From Styela clava (taxonomy: Eukaryota), in contig NC_135256.1 in NCBI RefSeq assembly GCF_964204865.1, positions 22,382,001 to 22,446,000 of the forward strand: a stretch of DNA of 64,000 bases. The letters are read 5' to 3'. Both the position numbers and the translations under genes were made by a program. The notes below the pieces were generated by a model, which ran no database searches, had not been told where the DNA came from, and saw only the letters and a list, made by a program, of their open reading frames with translations. The stretch's first letter is position 1. Every line of letters begins with the position of its first letter. Shown piece by piece: positions 24,001-37,118 of this stretch.

Positions 24001-24083
24001 ACAGTACAGTGCACATGACACGAATGTCGCCTGATGCTGTAGACACCTTAGATACCTCAATGATATATCAAAAATTAGCATGA
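17909..24083 (+). CDS. MAM-domain type I transmembrane glycoprotein (434 aa); coding exons 17909-18050, 18897-19067, 19854-19970, 21615-21748, 22683-22824, 23485-24083
   Basis: Six GT-AG exons join in frame (intron phases 1,1,1,0,1; 1305 nt). Signal peptide MYFIFWLLNLLVTLFHITGVTS. MAM motifs CDFD..TCGW.Q...DDFDW, DH, GGYMYI, AKL, CFKFWYHMRG..MG.L, W...GSQG..WQ and G.IVLDDI...C, with all four Cys present. Then a Ser/Thr stalk, TM VVGAAVGIVIGILVLVAATLCFL, a basic stop-transfer segment and a 39-aa tail. Confidence 0.9.
18897..19067 (+). CDS. MAM gene coding exon 2
   Basis: ttttgcttttcag acceptor; KWPDDVACDFDSYTTCGWGQVLFSDDFDWKLGEGKDSHRKNRRRGGRTGTKDDHGG; donor G|gtatta. Confidence 0.88.
19854..19970 (+). 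CDS. MAM gene coding exon 3
   Basis: ttttcttatag acceptor; DGGYMYIKAGRWNNRTAKLRTLPFDLNQDGCFKFWYHMR; donor G|gtaaga. Confidence 0.9.
20007..20459. mobile_element. hAT-type MITE in an intron of the MAM gene
   Basis: TIRs caggcttgtccat / atggacaagccag; 8-bp TSD ggtatcga / gatatcga (7 of 8); subterminal tcccat motifs; a second, inverted copy at 54471-54848. Confidence 0.85.
21615..21748 (+). CDS. MAM gene coding exon 4
   Basis: ttcatgcag acceptor; GRHMGHLKLYEIDFNPSKLKLPDISSFRIRWELYGSQGGLWQQGA; donor gtaagt. Confidence 0.9.
22683..22824 (+). CDS. MAM gene coding exon 5
   Basis: aacaacag acceptor; VAIKPPKLSNMRKILMFEAFDWDKGPSGNIVLDDITFDPLNNPSDCA; donor T|gtaagt. Confidence 0.88.
23485..24083 (+). 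CDS. MAM gene terminal exon (mucin-like stalk, TM, cytoplasmic tail)
   Basis: cttcttttttacag acceptor, in frame with ORF 23547-24083; ends SMIYQKLA*. Confidence 0.9.
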
Positions 24084-24453
24084 GGAAAATTTACCAGATT
24101 TATTATTAATTTGATATATGTTTTAAATAGGCCGATATCCAAATTCGTCATGGTTTTCACCAAACTGAACCATTTTACGATCTGATATCTTTAATTTTAC
24201 TTTCCTAAAATACTAATGCTTGTCAATTATTTTCCAAGTTAAACCATAACAAAGGTTTATCGCCGTATTATCGCCATTGAATGGAAACTTTAAAAGCGGA
24301 TATCGCTGATTTCGTTTTTGCCGATTTGAAAACTAGACGACAGGTGCGGGTTGTTGTTTATTATGCTGTTAATGAACTTGTTGTTCAAATTGGGGATAAA
24401 ATGCTAGATTTCCAAATGACGCCTTTGTTGTTGTTTGTAAAATGTAAATATTA

Positions 24454-24520
24454 ATGTAATTTCCTATATATATACTAATAAAACTATGTAATTTCCTATA
24501 TATATACTAATAAAACTATG
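24454..24520 (+). repeat. Perfect 32-bp tandem duplication containing AATAAA (MAM gene 3' UTR)
   Basis: atgtaatttcctatatatatactaataaaact x2; AATAAA at 24477 and 24509. Confidence 0.9.
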
Positions 24521-25583
24521 CTCCAGGACTACCCAAGTCGCCTTATAAAATAAACAAAGCATAATGTTTTTTGACTTGTGCACGTATCGTGCTATATTGT
24601 AAATGTTTTATTATGTTCATTCACTTTTCATAGCTAGCATAATAAACATTAGAGCTTTTCACATATGATGGGAGCCTTGGATAGTGTACTTTTTCAGAGT
24701 AGGCTTACATTTATTTGATATTCTGATCGGAGTTGGCAACGTGATATGCAAATACAGCCAAATCATATACAGCCAACGAAATATGCATATAGAACCAATG
24801 TCATATTCATATGCAGCCAACTCAATTTATGTATATCGCAATTCAAATGATGTAGGCTACATATACAGACAATAAATTTGAGGCATGTAGCGAGGCAAGT
24901 TCATCGATATTAGAGTTGCTCTCTGTTTAATTGCGATGCCCCGCTGAATATTACCGTTACACACTTAGTATTTAGTTAATTCATGGTTGTGATCTTTAGT
25001 TTACCAAAATATTTTACAATGGTTTTTACTTATAATAATACAAAGGAATTATTGAGTGTAAGAGGAGTGTAAAGTAAATGAAATACATTGTTATAATCCA
25101 AGCAGCATTCAGCGGCGTTATGTGCGCGCACACCCATATTCTTAAGTTTGGTCTTTAGTGGTACATGAATACTTGTAGCAATATCCATTGTATTTTGACA
25201 TGTCACAGAATGATTTTTTGAAGAAATCCAAGATCGATGTTTCGTGTGCAACGCCACCTTTTTAATATCCTCCCACGAAAAAGCTACATTTTCATTTCCA
25301 CGTTTGAGCTATTTCGCTCACTCTGGCTGCAGAAGCTTGTCAGGGTCTGACCGCAACATCAGTCTATGTCTAGAAAATCCTCTCCAATTTCCCCCCTATC
25401 GTACATGCGATATAAGCAAGCTGAAATCCATAATCCCACAATACTTCAAACACAGAAGAATTGTCATGTGTGGTAAAAAATTATCAAACACTTGATCATC
25501 ACCAAATGTACGGAAGTTTACTTCATTTGTCTTTGGATAGTTCCGGTGATTGCTCTTTCAGCATTGCTCAGTTCCTGCACAGT

Positions 25584-26068
25584 CAGTCTTACCATACGTC
25601 CGGCTTTAGGCGGGACAGTCCCGCTTTTCAGCGTTTTGTCCCGCCGTCCCGATAAGTCAGCCAAAAGTCCCGCTTTTCCAGCATAATACACAAACATGTT
25701 CTCGTTACTGTTGTTTCTGTGTAGCGCAGCGCTAGCCTACTTACTGAAGGTGAATGCGTTCGTTTCCCGCTGATTCCCATTGATGGCAGCCGTATCGCAT
25801 GTAAAACCAATACTAATTAGTCTAAATTCGAATTATTTGTACCGGTATCGTTAACGTCAATTCCTTCCTATTTTTCGAACTGAACCCGATATTTGGACAG
25901 AGAATATGCGCATGAAATTTCGATAACAATATGGTCAATAAAGAAAAGCTTTAAATGTAGGAATGTAGGCCTATGTGGTAAAATCGGAAAATGTTACAAA
26001 ATCACAGTTAAGGGGTCGTTGTCTTTCGAGGCGTCCCGATTTGAAGTCACAAAACTATGGTAACCCTA
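25584..26068. mobile_element. hAT (Blackjack-like) MITE
   Basis: Left end ..ttaccatacgtcc followed by several gtcccg motifs; right end gtcccga...tatggtaacccta. These fit TAGGGTKACCATA-type termini. The left TIR is damaged and there is no clean TSD. Confidence 0.65.
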
Positions 26069-26487
26069 GTCTTGACAGTAATTCAGTAAGCTTGTCCGGT
26101 CTCCGGTGTCCGAATATTTCTTGAACCAATGAGCTGCTTTCTACCACCGGTAAAATACAGCAGTTCTCGAAACAATAGCTTTGCATGGAGCGGTATTGAA
26201 GCTGTTATTCGAACTGGGTCGACAACGGATGCTACAACTAAAAGTATGCTTCTACCAGTGTTTGATTTGTCAGAAATATAAACCTCGAATCATCATTTGC
26301 CACATTCCAATGAATAGCAAGTATTCGTTCTTTGACAAGAACATCAATACCACGATCAAGAACATATTCAGCTCTCTTTTCATCTGAAACAGTAATTCAT
26401 CATTACTGGTGGGGCATTCAGAGATGTTGAATTCGCCTTTTTAGATCAATTGTGTCAATTCCTTAACAGTTTCTATGTCGACCAATT

Positions 26488-26719
26488 GGTACTCCTGAAG
26501 TATGCGTACCAAGATGGCGGACACCGGAACGTAGTATGTGTACCAGATTAGGTTTAGGCCATAATTGTATTTCAATTTTCCTTTTTTTAGTTCTATTACG
26601 AGTTCGGGGACTAGCCAAATGACTCCCATAGTATTTCTAAAATTATGGCCTAACCCCAACTTGGTACACATACTACGTTCCGGTGTCCGCCATCTTGGTA
26701 CGCATACTTCAGAAGCACC
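26488..26719. mobile_element. Foldback MITE-like element (79-bp inverted arms)
   Basis: Arms 26488-26566 and 26641-26719 are perfect over about 50 bp; related copies at 44511, 44719 and 60113. Confidence 0.85.
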
Positions 26720-26907
26720 GACCGATTTAAGGGTTAAAAATTTCAGAAATTCTTGGTTTGTATTTATTCCCAATTTTTACTGCCTATTGCTTCGAACAAA
26801 ATTTAGCACAATACGGCCCACAATACGACTTCATGCGGCCCTAAAAATATGAACTTGCATACAATGTGACACTGTTTCCTTACGATGTCCCTATCATCTC
26901 ACAATGA

Positions 26908-28270
26908 AAACCTTTCTCAACCGGGGTTCCGTCTAACAGCTGGAGCTCCGTGGAGCTGTTCCAGGGGTTCGACGAAAACTTCTGAAAATTGTTCATTTCA
27001 AAAAATAGCATAACTACGTATAGCTTTGCACATAAGTCATATTGAACCAGTCAAGTAAAGCCAGATCTAAGTAAACTCCATAAAAAACTCGGTGTTTCGT
27101 CACTGATGTCGCGGGTGTACTTCTGTATGATAGCGTTTTTGAATGATTTTTGCTTCAAAATATCCCAGGTTGTTATGAAAAACGTCGGGGGTTCAGGTTC
27201 ATCATTTGCATGTACGACATATTATTCAAAAGGTACAAATAAAATGTAGCTTAATGTTATACGCAAGCTGAAAATTGGAAGAAAGTGTACATGAATGAAT
27301 GAGAAATAAGTTGAAGTTCATTAAAAAATAGAATTCGTAGCATACAACATTATAGTAGACTTGCTTAAAATTAGCATCACCCGTCCTGGACGACCTTAAC
27401 ATGACGCTTAATATTATCTTATTATCTAAATATTATAATTCCGTAAAACAACGCACAATGCTTTGCTTCCCGCATATTACTGGTATTTAAAACCTGGGCA
27501 ATGAACTTGGGCCATCAACTCATTCAAGGGATCGATCATTTAGTATTTTAGTTGCAATTTTCGCTTTGGGTATTTTCCTATTTCTAGCCACATAACTTAA
27601 ATACGAGCAATGCCTGCTGGATAAGTAGGTGGGTAACTAACCAACTGGAATAGTTAGAATTCGCACAGCGCAGAGGTATTTATAAGGTTATTTTGATCGC
27701 TAGATTCCGACTCCCATTATGATCAAACCGTTCATGCACAAGAAAAGTGAATCCCCCCATGATTGGAAGCAACATTTTCAGATAATGAAACAACGGAGAA
27801 CAGGAAATTTTATTATAAAAAAAATTTGCAAACGAAATCGCATCAAAATCATTTATTTAAAGCGCTTATTTGTAGCCCCTTAATTGTTCTATTGCCCTCT
27901 TGTGGTACCACGGCTCCCGATTGAGAATGTTATGGCATCTTTCTACCAACAAGTCCGTTGTTGCCTAAACTATCGTAGCATACAGTAGTTATTTTGTCAC
28001 AATTCATTGATATCTAAGAGTTTTTACAAAGAGAAATGTTCGGATAATTGGTGGTTGATGTTTGATAATGCTTGACTTTTTTATTGAAACCTAAAAACTC
28101 ATCCAAAGCATTCATATTCTATCTATTAAAGAAGATTGAAGACGATAGCTCCCCTCTTATAAAGTGCACGTTGCGTTCCTTGTTTTGCGTTGCTTATTGT
28201 TCAAAACGTTGGGGTTCGACGAAAGCTTGCAGAATAACGTAGGGCAGGTTCACAAAGATCAAAACCACGG
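26908..28270. mobile_element. Degenerate Charlie-like hAT non-autonomous element
   Basis: Left ..tttctcaaccggggttcc, with ggggttcgacgaaa repeated near both ends (about 26965 and 28211). The right terminus is eroded and there is no TSD. Confidence 0.4.
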
Positions 28271-31200
28271 CCATAGAGGATCCTGAGGTGCCACTCTAAC
28301 CTGGTTTCAGCCACCAATGCGAATAAACTTTTCATGTTTTAAGTACACTTCTAGTTTATTTCTGTAACAGCTTGACATATTTCAAAATCTGCTTTTGACA
28401 AAGTTTGTAATGAAATGTAGTTGAATGCCTCATTTGATAGCCTTAATATCTTGTGCGTTATTTCTGCGCTCAAATCCCCCGAAATGTTCAAGTTACCTTC
28501 GTGGCAAAATAATTGAATAAACCTTTCGTTCTAGATTTTATTTTATATTATTTCACTAATTCATTTTCATCGTCGGAAATCTGAATCGATTGCAAATTTC
28601 CCCAACACAACAGCTCTTATTAAAAAGTACGCGTTTGGGTACTCCTCTCCTCTAGATGTCAGAAGTGTGCTATACTAAAAATATGAAATGATCGATTTGA
28701 CAAAGGTGGAGATTTTAAATGCTACAAAATTGTGGGCGACGGATTAGGTGCATAAAAAGAATTGTAGGTAAAACAGCAAAACCAAATTTTTATTCGATCT
28801 CATTGTCGATTCGGAATTTTGTAATCGGTATAGGTATTTAAGTCACAGAATATTTTTCACTTTGAGAATTCCTATTTATCCCTAAGGCAAGAAATTCCCA
28901 TTATCACTATAATATAAATACATATAGATAGATCCTCAGTCGATGTTTTCGCAATTTGATATGCAATTTTGCAAGATTAGTTTACACAACAATTTTGTTA
29001 TCGCGTCACACCATGTTGGAACAACAAGACAAAGCGTATGTGATGAAAAATAAAAAGCTTGTGGATATACCAAAAATTTAATGGTTATTGTGTAGGAACC
29101 GTAAATTGCATTCAACTGCAAGTCATTGAAACTGTTTCCCTGTTGCACTAATTAAAATGATATTGATATTTATTGTTTTCTTTGGAATAATCCAAGTTCA
29201 TACCAGGATCTTTGTGATGTACGTATATGATATCGTATCTCTTGACCACATCGCGTTTTGAAGCATTGGAAGTTTTTTTATGAAACGAAGCTTAACAGTT
29301 CTAAACTAGAATTACCAATGAAGTTTGACTCTGTGTGTCTTCACGTAAGTCTAGTAGAGTTGTTATTTAGGAAAAAGTTTCGGAATTTCATTTTAAATAT
29401 TCATTATTATATTTAGTATAACGACGATGATTTTCTCGTTTTTTTAATTTTTTGATTTTCATTCGAATAATGCATTTGTTTAAATTTTCGGTTATTTTTG
29501 TCAAATTTTGTTAAGTTACACCACATAATTAGCTGTATACAATTATGTATGTGAACATTGTGTGTAATTATGAGACGTTCAGACTTTTCACGTGATTTCA
29601 CCGAAAATTAGATAATAAATGAACTAAAATATCTAAACTGGGGAAATTAGACGAGAGAAATTGAGACGACGTTGCGACATAATAACCAAGAACTGCTATT
29701 TTGGGATGAATGATTACGCAATCAATAATTAAGTTTTTTCAACTATAATTTACCAAAAATTGGTGACCATTTCTGGTACATATGCCTGGATTTTGTATGC
29801 TGTTTTCAATTTAAAATTTACGTGGACATCCCGGTTTCAATCCAAGTGATTTCCAAATGGACCCACCGAGAAACCTTTGTATCTTTTTTGCGTTTTATGT
29901 ATCATGATTACGAAATTAAAAGGTACTTTTTGTGCTAAGTGCTCATCATTTTCTCCCGTCGTAATTAGAACTTCTGTGAAATTACAAAATATTCTCGTGA
30001 TATGGGTAATTAGCCAATGAGAAACATATTTCTCCTATTACTGTACATCTATCAAATTGGATGACATGCACCGTAACAAGTTAACTTTTAAGTATTGCGT
30101 TGCCTGCTATTTCGTTTCAGAACAAGATGGGATTTATATTCAAACATTTGCAATAACACAACTTACATTCACTTGAAACTTACTTGGAATTGATTTCAAC
30201 ATACAGCAGTCATATACATGAATGTATAACAAAATATTGTGAACCATAAACGTCACAGATTACATAAAGTAGCGTTACGTAAGAATTTTATATTATTCAT
30301 ACAGCGTGGGTGGTATAACAACGTATAACGGTAAACGTCAAAATTCTTCACGTTGGCAAAAGGAAAGTAGATACTCTGCATTCCAACTGAAAAGTCATAT
30401 TTCGTGCACGACGTTGGGTGGTAATTGGTAGTTATGGCGCTCATGAATTGGCAACTTCCAAAAATAAATTGACAAATGAGGGAAGTTTTATAAAGTATAT
30501 AACGAATTATCGAGAAAAAAATTGGCGCCGTAAATTTCACTAAGTCATCATTTTAAAGTTGTTTAAATTATACTTATGACGACCGTTCTCATATGAACGA
30601 AACGTCACATCGTGAAAGGAGCGGCTCTATTAATTTGACAAATTGATGATAGTGATGACGTCACACAGTGTTTCACCGATACTTTGCAATACTTATCCGT
30701 ACCAGGATCCGTTCTCCCATTTTTGTTAGTGACGATAAGCTTCGAATTATTTGTTTTCAATAAATAGTTTTTGAAGGCAGAAATAAATTTATGAGTAATA
30801 AGAGATACGACCAATAACATCAAATACGTTTTCCGCTTGAAAAAAAAATTTGCTTCAGATTATATTAGTCTAAATTATAAATTTTTTGAACGAAATTTTC
30901 GACGTTCTATATTGTATCGTAACACATTCACTAAGTAAGATTACATACATTATTTCTAAACAATGCTGCGCCAAGATGGTGTGGGATTGTGGGCAAATTT
31001 TATTCAGTTTTTGTACAGTGAACCATAATAGATATATACCTGTAAGAAAAAAGATTCGTTGGTTGAAAATCACTTAATTTGACTTTCGAAATTGCGAAAC
31101 CTATTTAGGATCCCTTGTTTGAGATTTCATTATTCCGCCCATTATATTTCTTTGTCAGAATGAAATAATGGGCATATGATCTCAAACCACCTGGCCATTA

Positions 31201-31375
31201 TCTCGTTATCAATATACCATCAGTATTTCGGTGGTATATGTCGTACATGCCTTCATCGCTATTCAAGCTCCTGGCCGTTTATGAAACCTATTTTCATTTT
31301 CGATTCCTTTCTTATTACTAAGATACTGACAATAATGATTTATAGTTTGACCATACCGACGTCACTCTAGTCTAG

Positions 31376-32617
31376 CAGTGCATGGTTCCCAACCTTTCTA
31401 CCCTGGCGGACCGGTAAAATTGAATTAAATGTACTCGCGGACCGGCAAAAGATGGAAATGACCGAAATAAAAAAGAATAACATACATTTGCGTAATACAA
31501 TGTCGAGCACTCAATGTGCTTCTAGAAAAGAAAGGCACACTTACAAACATTTCACACGAAATAAAACCATCAAACAATGTGCCAGCCAAAAATTCAAATG
31601 GGTGAAACATCAAATAATACCATTTATTTGCGTAATAAAATGCAGTGCTGGGCACCCATTATGCGTAAGAAATGCACACTTAAAACAACTCACATGAAAA
31701 ACATGTACATGCCAAAACATGTACAAACACAATCAACTCTAGTGGGAATTTTGCTGCTGTTTCGTTTCTAATATAGGATTGCAAACGAGGCCTCAAACAA
31801 GTTTCTGCAACACGTAGCTCTGTAGCGGCGTGCAGCCAATTTCCTTGCTTCGTTCTAATTAAAGCTAGTGATGAAAATATTTTTTTCGCACAACGCATAT
31901 ATATGTAACTGGTTGAAAATACGGACAACAGTTCGATTGCTCGGTTACTTAGCGATGGGTATTCGTTATCAAGAGATATCCAAGATTACGGCAGTGATTC
32001 TTTTTTAAATCTGGACTGTAAAGTAGAATCACAATTATTTTAATCAAGCTTTTACTTTTTCATCTGGTTTATCATATTAATCCCTTTGCAGTTGATCGAC
32101 GCCTCAAACGAAATGAATTTGCATTACAATAACAAAGTCGTCGGTATCTTGGCATCAGGCTCGAATCCTGCTGTGCCTGCTCCAAATACTGGAAAAGATC
32201 TCAGCGGCTCATGCTTTTTTGGTCTCGTGACCACCTGCAGTGCCGCAACAAGTTCATATATTACTAAAATATTATAGTGTTCTTGACTGTTTTCTGGTTT
32301 AAAAAAAGAAATATGCATACGTTTTATGTGGATGGTAATATTAATCAGGAAAAGCATGCAGAACAGAAAAGCACGCGTGGCGATTTTTAGGTTTCTGAAT
32401 TTTGCGAGATTTGATGGAGCGCATTCGCGATGAATCGGAGCCGAAAAGGCGAAAATTGTGATTACACGGCGCCAAGACGGCGGGAAAGAAATTGCGTAAT
32501 AAACCAACGCAACCTCGTCTTCAGTAAAGGGATTGAGACGGCATAAAAGCAACAAAACAACGATATTTCTCGCAAACCGGCAAAAAAGCTTCGCGGACCG
32601 GCTGTTGGGAACCACTG
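31376..32617 (-). mobile_element. Internally deleted hAT (Buster/Charlie) transposon
   Basis: TIRs cagtg(catg)gttcccaac / gttgggaaccactg; subterminal gcggaccgg motifs; gtctag on both flanks (Charlie-type TCTAG target); transposase remnant inside. Confidence 0.85.
31739..32070 (-). pseudogene. Buster/Charlie-family transposase C-terminal (hAT dimerisation domain) remnant
   Basis: The minus strand reads CDSTLQSRFKKESLP*SWISLDNEYPSLSNRAIELLSVFSTSY..CAK.FSSLALIRTKQGNWLHAATELRVAETCLRPRL and, after a frameshift, ILETKQQQNSH*. This is the typical W-EYP-L-A-F.TSY.CE..FS...KTK.R..L..ELR...P...KQ.Q.SH end, with a stop and frameshifts. Confidence 0.85.
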
Positions 32618-35600
32618 GTCTAGATGTACATGTCACTATAATAATGTCTTTCGATTGTTTGCAACGATATAACAAAAAAATGTTTTTAAAGCAAGAAATA
32701 CATAATCAACACAAAATTTCATCGCAGCATCATAGGATTGATATATCACGATCGATTACTTCCCAGTTTTTTTAATCCCCAAGATTAAATTCAACTCGGT
32801 TGATATGAATTATTACATCCTGATCCTACTACACATATTTTAATGTGTTTATTTTGTACTGTAAGAAATGTTCCCCGATTATAATTGTGGACTCTAAGTT
32901 GTATTCTAGAAAATTTTCCGTAATATCTATTTTTCATATATTTCATGATTTACATTGGGTTAAATTAACTGATTTCTAAAACAAAAGTTGATATATACTA
33001 ATTATAACTTGCTCGCATTATTACCGTCCTTTATATAACATACAGGAGTTCAAAACATAAGTTAAGTGAGCCAACTTTACATAAGAGGTGATATACTCGT
33101 TAAAAAATATTTCCGACATTTCAAGAAAAATTTTTGTCGGGAATATCGGGGCAGTGTGTTTTACGGGGTTAAACCAGTGCGCAAAAAATCCCAAACAGCT
33201 GTCCATCCTGCGTGTCATAACCTGAAAAACAAGTTACCAACCCCAAATTTGGCGCACAAATTAAGGATTTGGAGATGAAAAACCCATTCATTCTCCTGTT
33301 AGGAATAATCCTGTTTTATTTTGTCGGGCGTACTTCCAGGCGGAAGTATAAAACTAACTACCATTAACCAACTATGCGTTGTGAATAAAGCTCTCCTGAA
33401 AGTCGCGCTTTTTCTCTGATTCATGTTTGGATCTTGAAAAACATCGTTTGTAGCCTTTCAGAAACATCTGTTTAGTTACTAGAGAAATCACGATAAATTC
33501 TTCTCATCCAAACTAATAATTACATCTTAAAATTTCCCAAGACCGCCAATTACTCCGATGTTTTTACCGTAAATAGTAGTATAGTATGAATAAGACTTAC
33601 CATCCAATATTCACACATAGGAGAACCGTCTAAAAATAGAATGGAGTACATTTGGGAATGTCTCTTTTAAGTAGCAGGTACAAAACCTATGTACAACAAT
33701 ACTGTATTCGGTTTGTCGTGAGAGATCGCGGTGTCACCCTAATTTGTACCCACAGTTTTTGAAAAATTAGAAATTTGAACTGAAATCTACAATTTTACTC
33801 GACCATGTGATTGTTGTGTCCAATAAACAGCATTTACTTGAGTTTTAATACAAACTGAAAGCAATGCATATATACTGAATTCTTATTTATACTCGATGAA
33901 AAGAAAAGAGTGAAAATAAGCAAATTGAACTTTGACATAACCACTGGTATTTCACATTCATGTTATTTACAGATTATTTCTATCGCATTTTAGAACAAAC
34001 TGACTGAAGACTAGAATCCTTGTCGCGAGGTTGTCACAAAAATATCATGCCCAGAATCTATCGAGAAATTCGCCTTCTACGAATATTTATGAGTTAGAAT
34101 CAGACCAAAATCATTGAGATTAGGATGACTTACCAATCTTCGAAATATTTTATTGATACTAGACATTGGTGATACCTTGTTGTTACACTTGTAACTTGAG
34201 TACATCCCAGAGCTTAGAACTGGAACTACTGTATAAACATTATATCGAGGAAAACACCAAGACACGCAACAAAACAACAAATACTTTCGAAATCCACTCA
34301 ATACGGCGACGTTGAATACTCGTTGAAGACTCGCGGATGTCAATTGACGAATGACGGCAAGACTAAATTAATTATTGGTCGCCAATTAGGAACGAATTCG
34401 AAAACGCAAGATGGTTTAGCTGATTCGAAAGCATGTAAGCACGAGACAAAAATAATGGTGACACTCGCAGGCATGTAGATGACATATAGTACGAACAGTA
34501 GCTTTGTTTTATAATTAGTTGGAAGATTTGTAGTATGGACAAAATGTGGTTGCAAGGGGTAAAAAGTTTGAAGATTTGCATGGAAGCGACCATAATCCTG
34601 AAAAGTTTAATTTGCCTTGACAGAAACCACATTCTAAACTTATTCTACATCTGTTCCGAGTAAAATTGGAACTCTGCTGAAATCGTGGAAAATATTGACG
34701 CTATCAGAAAGAATACAATTCATTATTCTTGTAAGTCAGGGTTATCTGAATCTTCATATAAGACGATATTTGTAATAATGACACATTGGCTTTGTGTGGA
34801 TACGAAAGAGCAAATATATCAAAACATGGGCACCATATAGATCCTTGAAAAATACACCAAGAGTCGCTGTTGTGTCGGCATCATTCACCAGCCTATGTGT
34901 GAGTGCGTGTGTGTGTCGTTGGTGAGTTGTTGAATATTTTTTTATCATAAGAATTTTTATTAAGGTACTTTTAATTACAACGTTAACGAAATCTTGTCAA
35001 CATGTTTAGAAAAATTTAACAAAATTTTGCTGATTTTTAATGTTTAGAAAATTTCGTTTATAGTAAACCCAATACATGTTACGAATGCAAAGATTACTTT
35101 AAATAAACTCATTTTTAGTCCACATGGCTCGCTCGACACCAAAAACGCAATTGCTTCGAGCGTAATAAATATTGTATAAAATGCAGACTCTTATTCATAC
35201 TTTTTGCTTCTCGAAGATGTTGTCATTTCTTTTTCTCTGTACAGGCGGTTTGAGGTTGCGTTTCGACATTGATAAACACAAGTGTGATATAGAAATATCA
35301 AAGCCTTTGACTTGAAAGCAAACAAGTTATTAAAATGAATCGTAAAACTAATTGCACTTTTACAATAATTCACCTTGAAATTTCGACTTTGGGATTTTAG
35401 AAACTGAATTCACTTCTTGCAATGAAATTAAATAATCTGCATACTCGTAAAGTAAGTTATTTTATTATATATAAAATCTGCATTTGATTTTTACACCAGT
35501 TTTTCTAACAATGTTTCTATTTTACATTAAACGTCGAAACATAGAAGTTGCTTGCGATAACATCGTATTTGCGTCAATAGCGGTTGATGAGGTATCGCCA

Positions 35601-37118
35601 AAAATTATTTTCACTAATAAAAATAAAGCAGAATATAAAAACGAGATCGTGAATGTTCATAACAAATGCTTTGTAATCAAAGGTCAAATATGTTAAGAAA
35701 AACAATGCCGTTGCGATACCAACATTCCAATCAAAGCAATTGTAAAATAAGGGTATTTTTAAGAAACAAATCTGTGGTTTTAATATTTTAGCTTCGTTTA
35801 AAAATACGTCTAGTTTAAGAGCTCAGCTCGGACGTCATTGTTGCAGTTGTATTTGCAATAATAACAGTTCTAGTGACGTTAATATGGACCACACCAGGTG
35901 ACATAAAAATCTTTTATATGGATTTTTTTAAATAAAATTATACAGTAGTGTATTATTTCACAATTTAATCGATTTACAACACATCACATAAATTTAGTGT
36001 TTCTAGCCATAAAATACGTTTGTTTACATAATTTATGGAATAAAATCATAATGAATCAAAGAAAAAAATTGCTATTTTTTAATTTTTATTTATTAAAAAA
36101 TACTCGTATAACACTAACCTTCTGGATATGCACAAGATTATCAAGAATCGTTGCCAATGACAATTTTCCCACGTTAAATGCGTTATGACTAGATTTAAGT
36201 TATTAAAGATGAATTAAATATCCGTCAAAGACACTCCATTCTAACAACATTGACTCGATTTATTTTTTTTCAATTTCTTACTTTTTACATTCACCGTGTG
36301 AGTCAATGTAATTTTAGGGGATACGTCACTAAAATCTTTTGCTAAAACAACAGAGTTGTTCCATATGCGTATATTAGTGTATTATTGATTGTGTCCTGTT
36401 TTGGAAAACATTGTATCTAAAATACCAGGTTAGATAGTCACAGATAAGGACAAAGGATTGGTTCGGTCAATAATAGCTTTTAGCCTTTCAAATTCTAATT
36501 TTGGTTGCCATTCGGGTGGGATCAGCGCCACAAAACACAGACAAGTCGTCCGGTTGCGATTTTGGATGAGTGGACTATTTTTGGATGTATTCAGACGCTA
36601 TGCTGTATAACACTGCTAAAAACCTTGTTGAAATTCCTCAATTTTGATGTCATTTAGAATATTTTACTCAATCAACTGGATTTCCGACCTGACTAGGCTT
36701 AGTGAGAATGCGGCCCTCTTTCTTCAGAGGGAAGTCAAATACTACTTTTTAAAAGTTATTCTAAAAACATTTTATTTCTGTGCAGACTAATTTGTGATTG
36801 GTACGTTTTGTACTTCATCCATCATTATTAAATGACTCTTGGGAATCTACAAATAGACACGTGACGCAAACCCGCGTGTCTACATCAAAACGCATTTCGA
36901 ACTATATCTTTAAATTGTGGTGATGTTTTTCGGGAAGCAGAAATTATCAATCAGGAGTGGAAAAGGCCATATTTTTCAGTTCCTATTTAATAATTTTAGA
37001 TCGTCAACACCACAAAACCGATTGTTCCCAGGTTTAATAACAACGTATATCTGGTATGGCGTTTTAATCTTTTCAAGAAAGAATTCTTTGCAATCGAATG
37101 GATGGAACATTTGCAATA

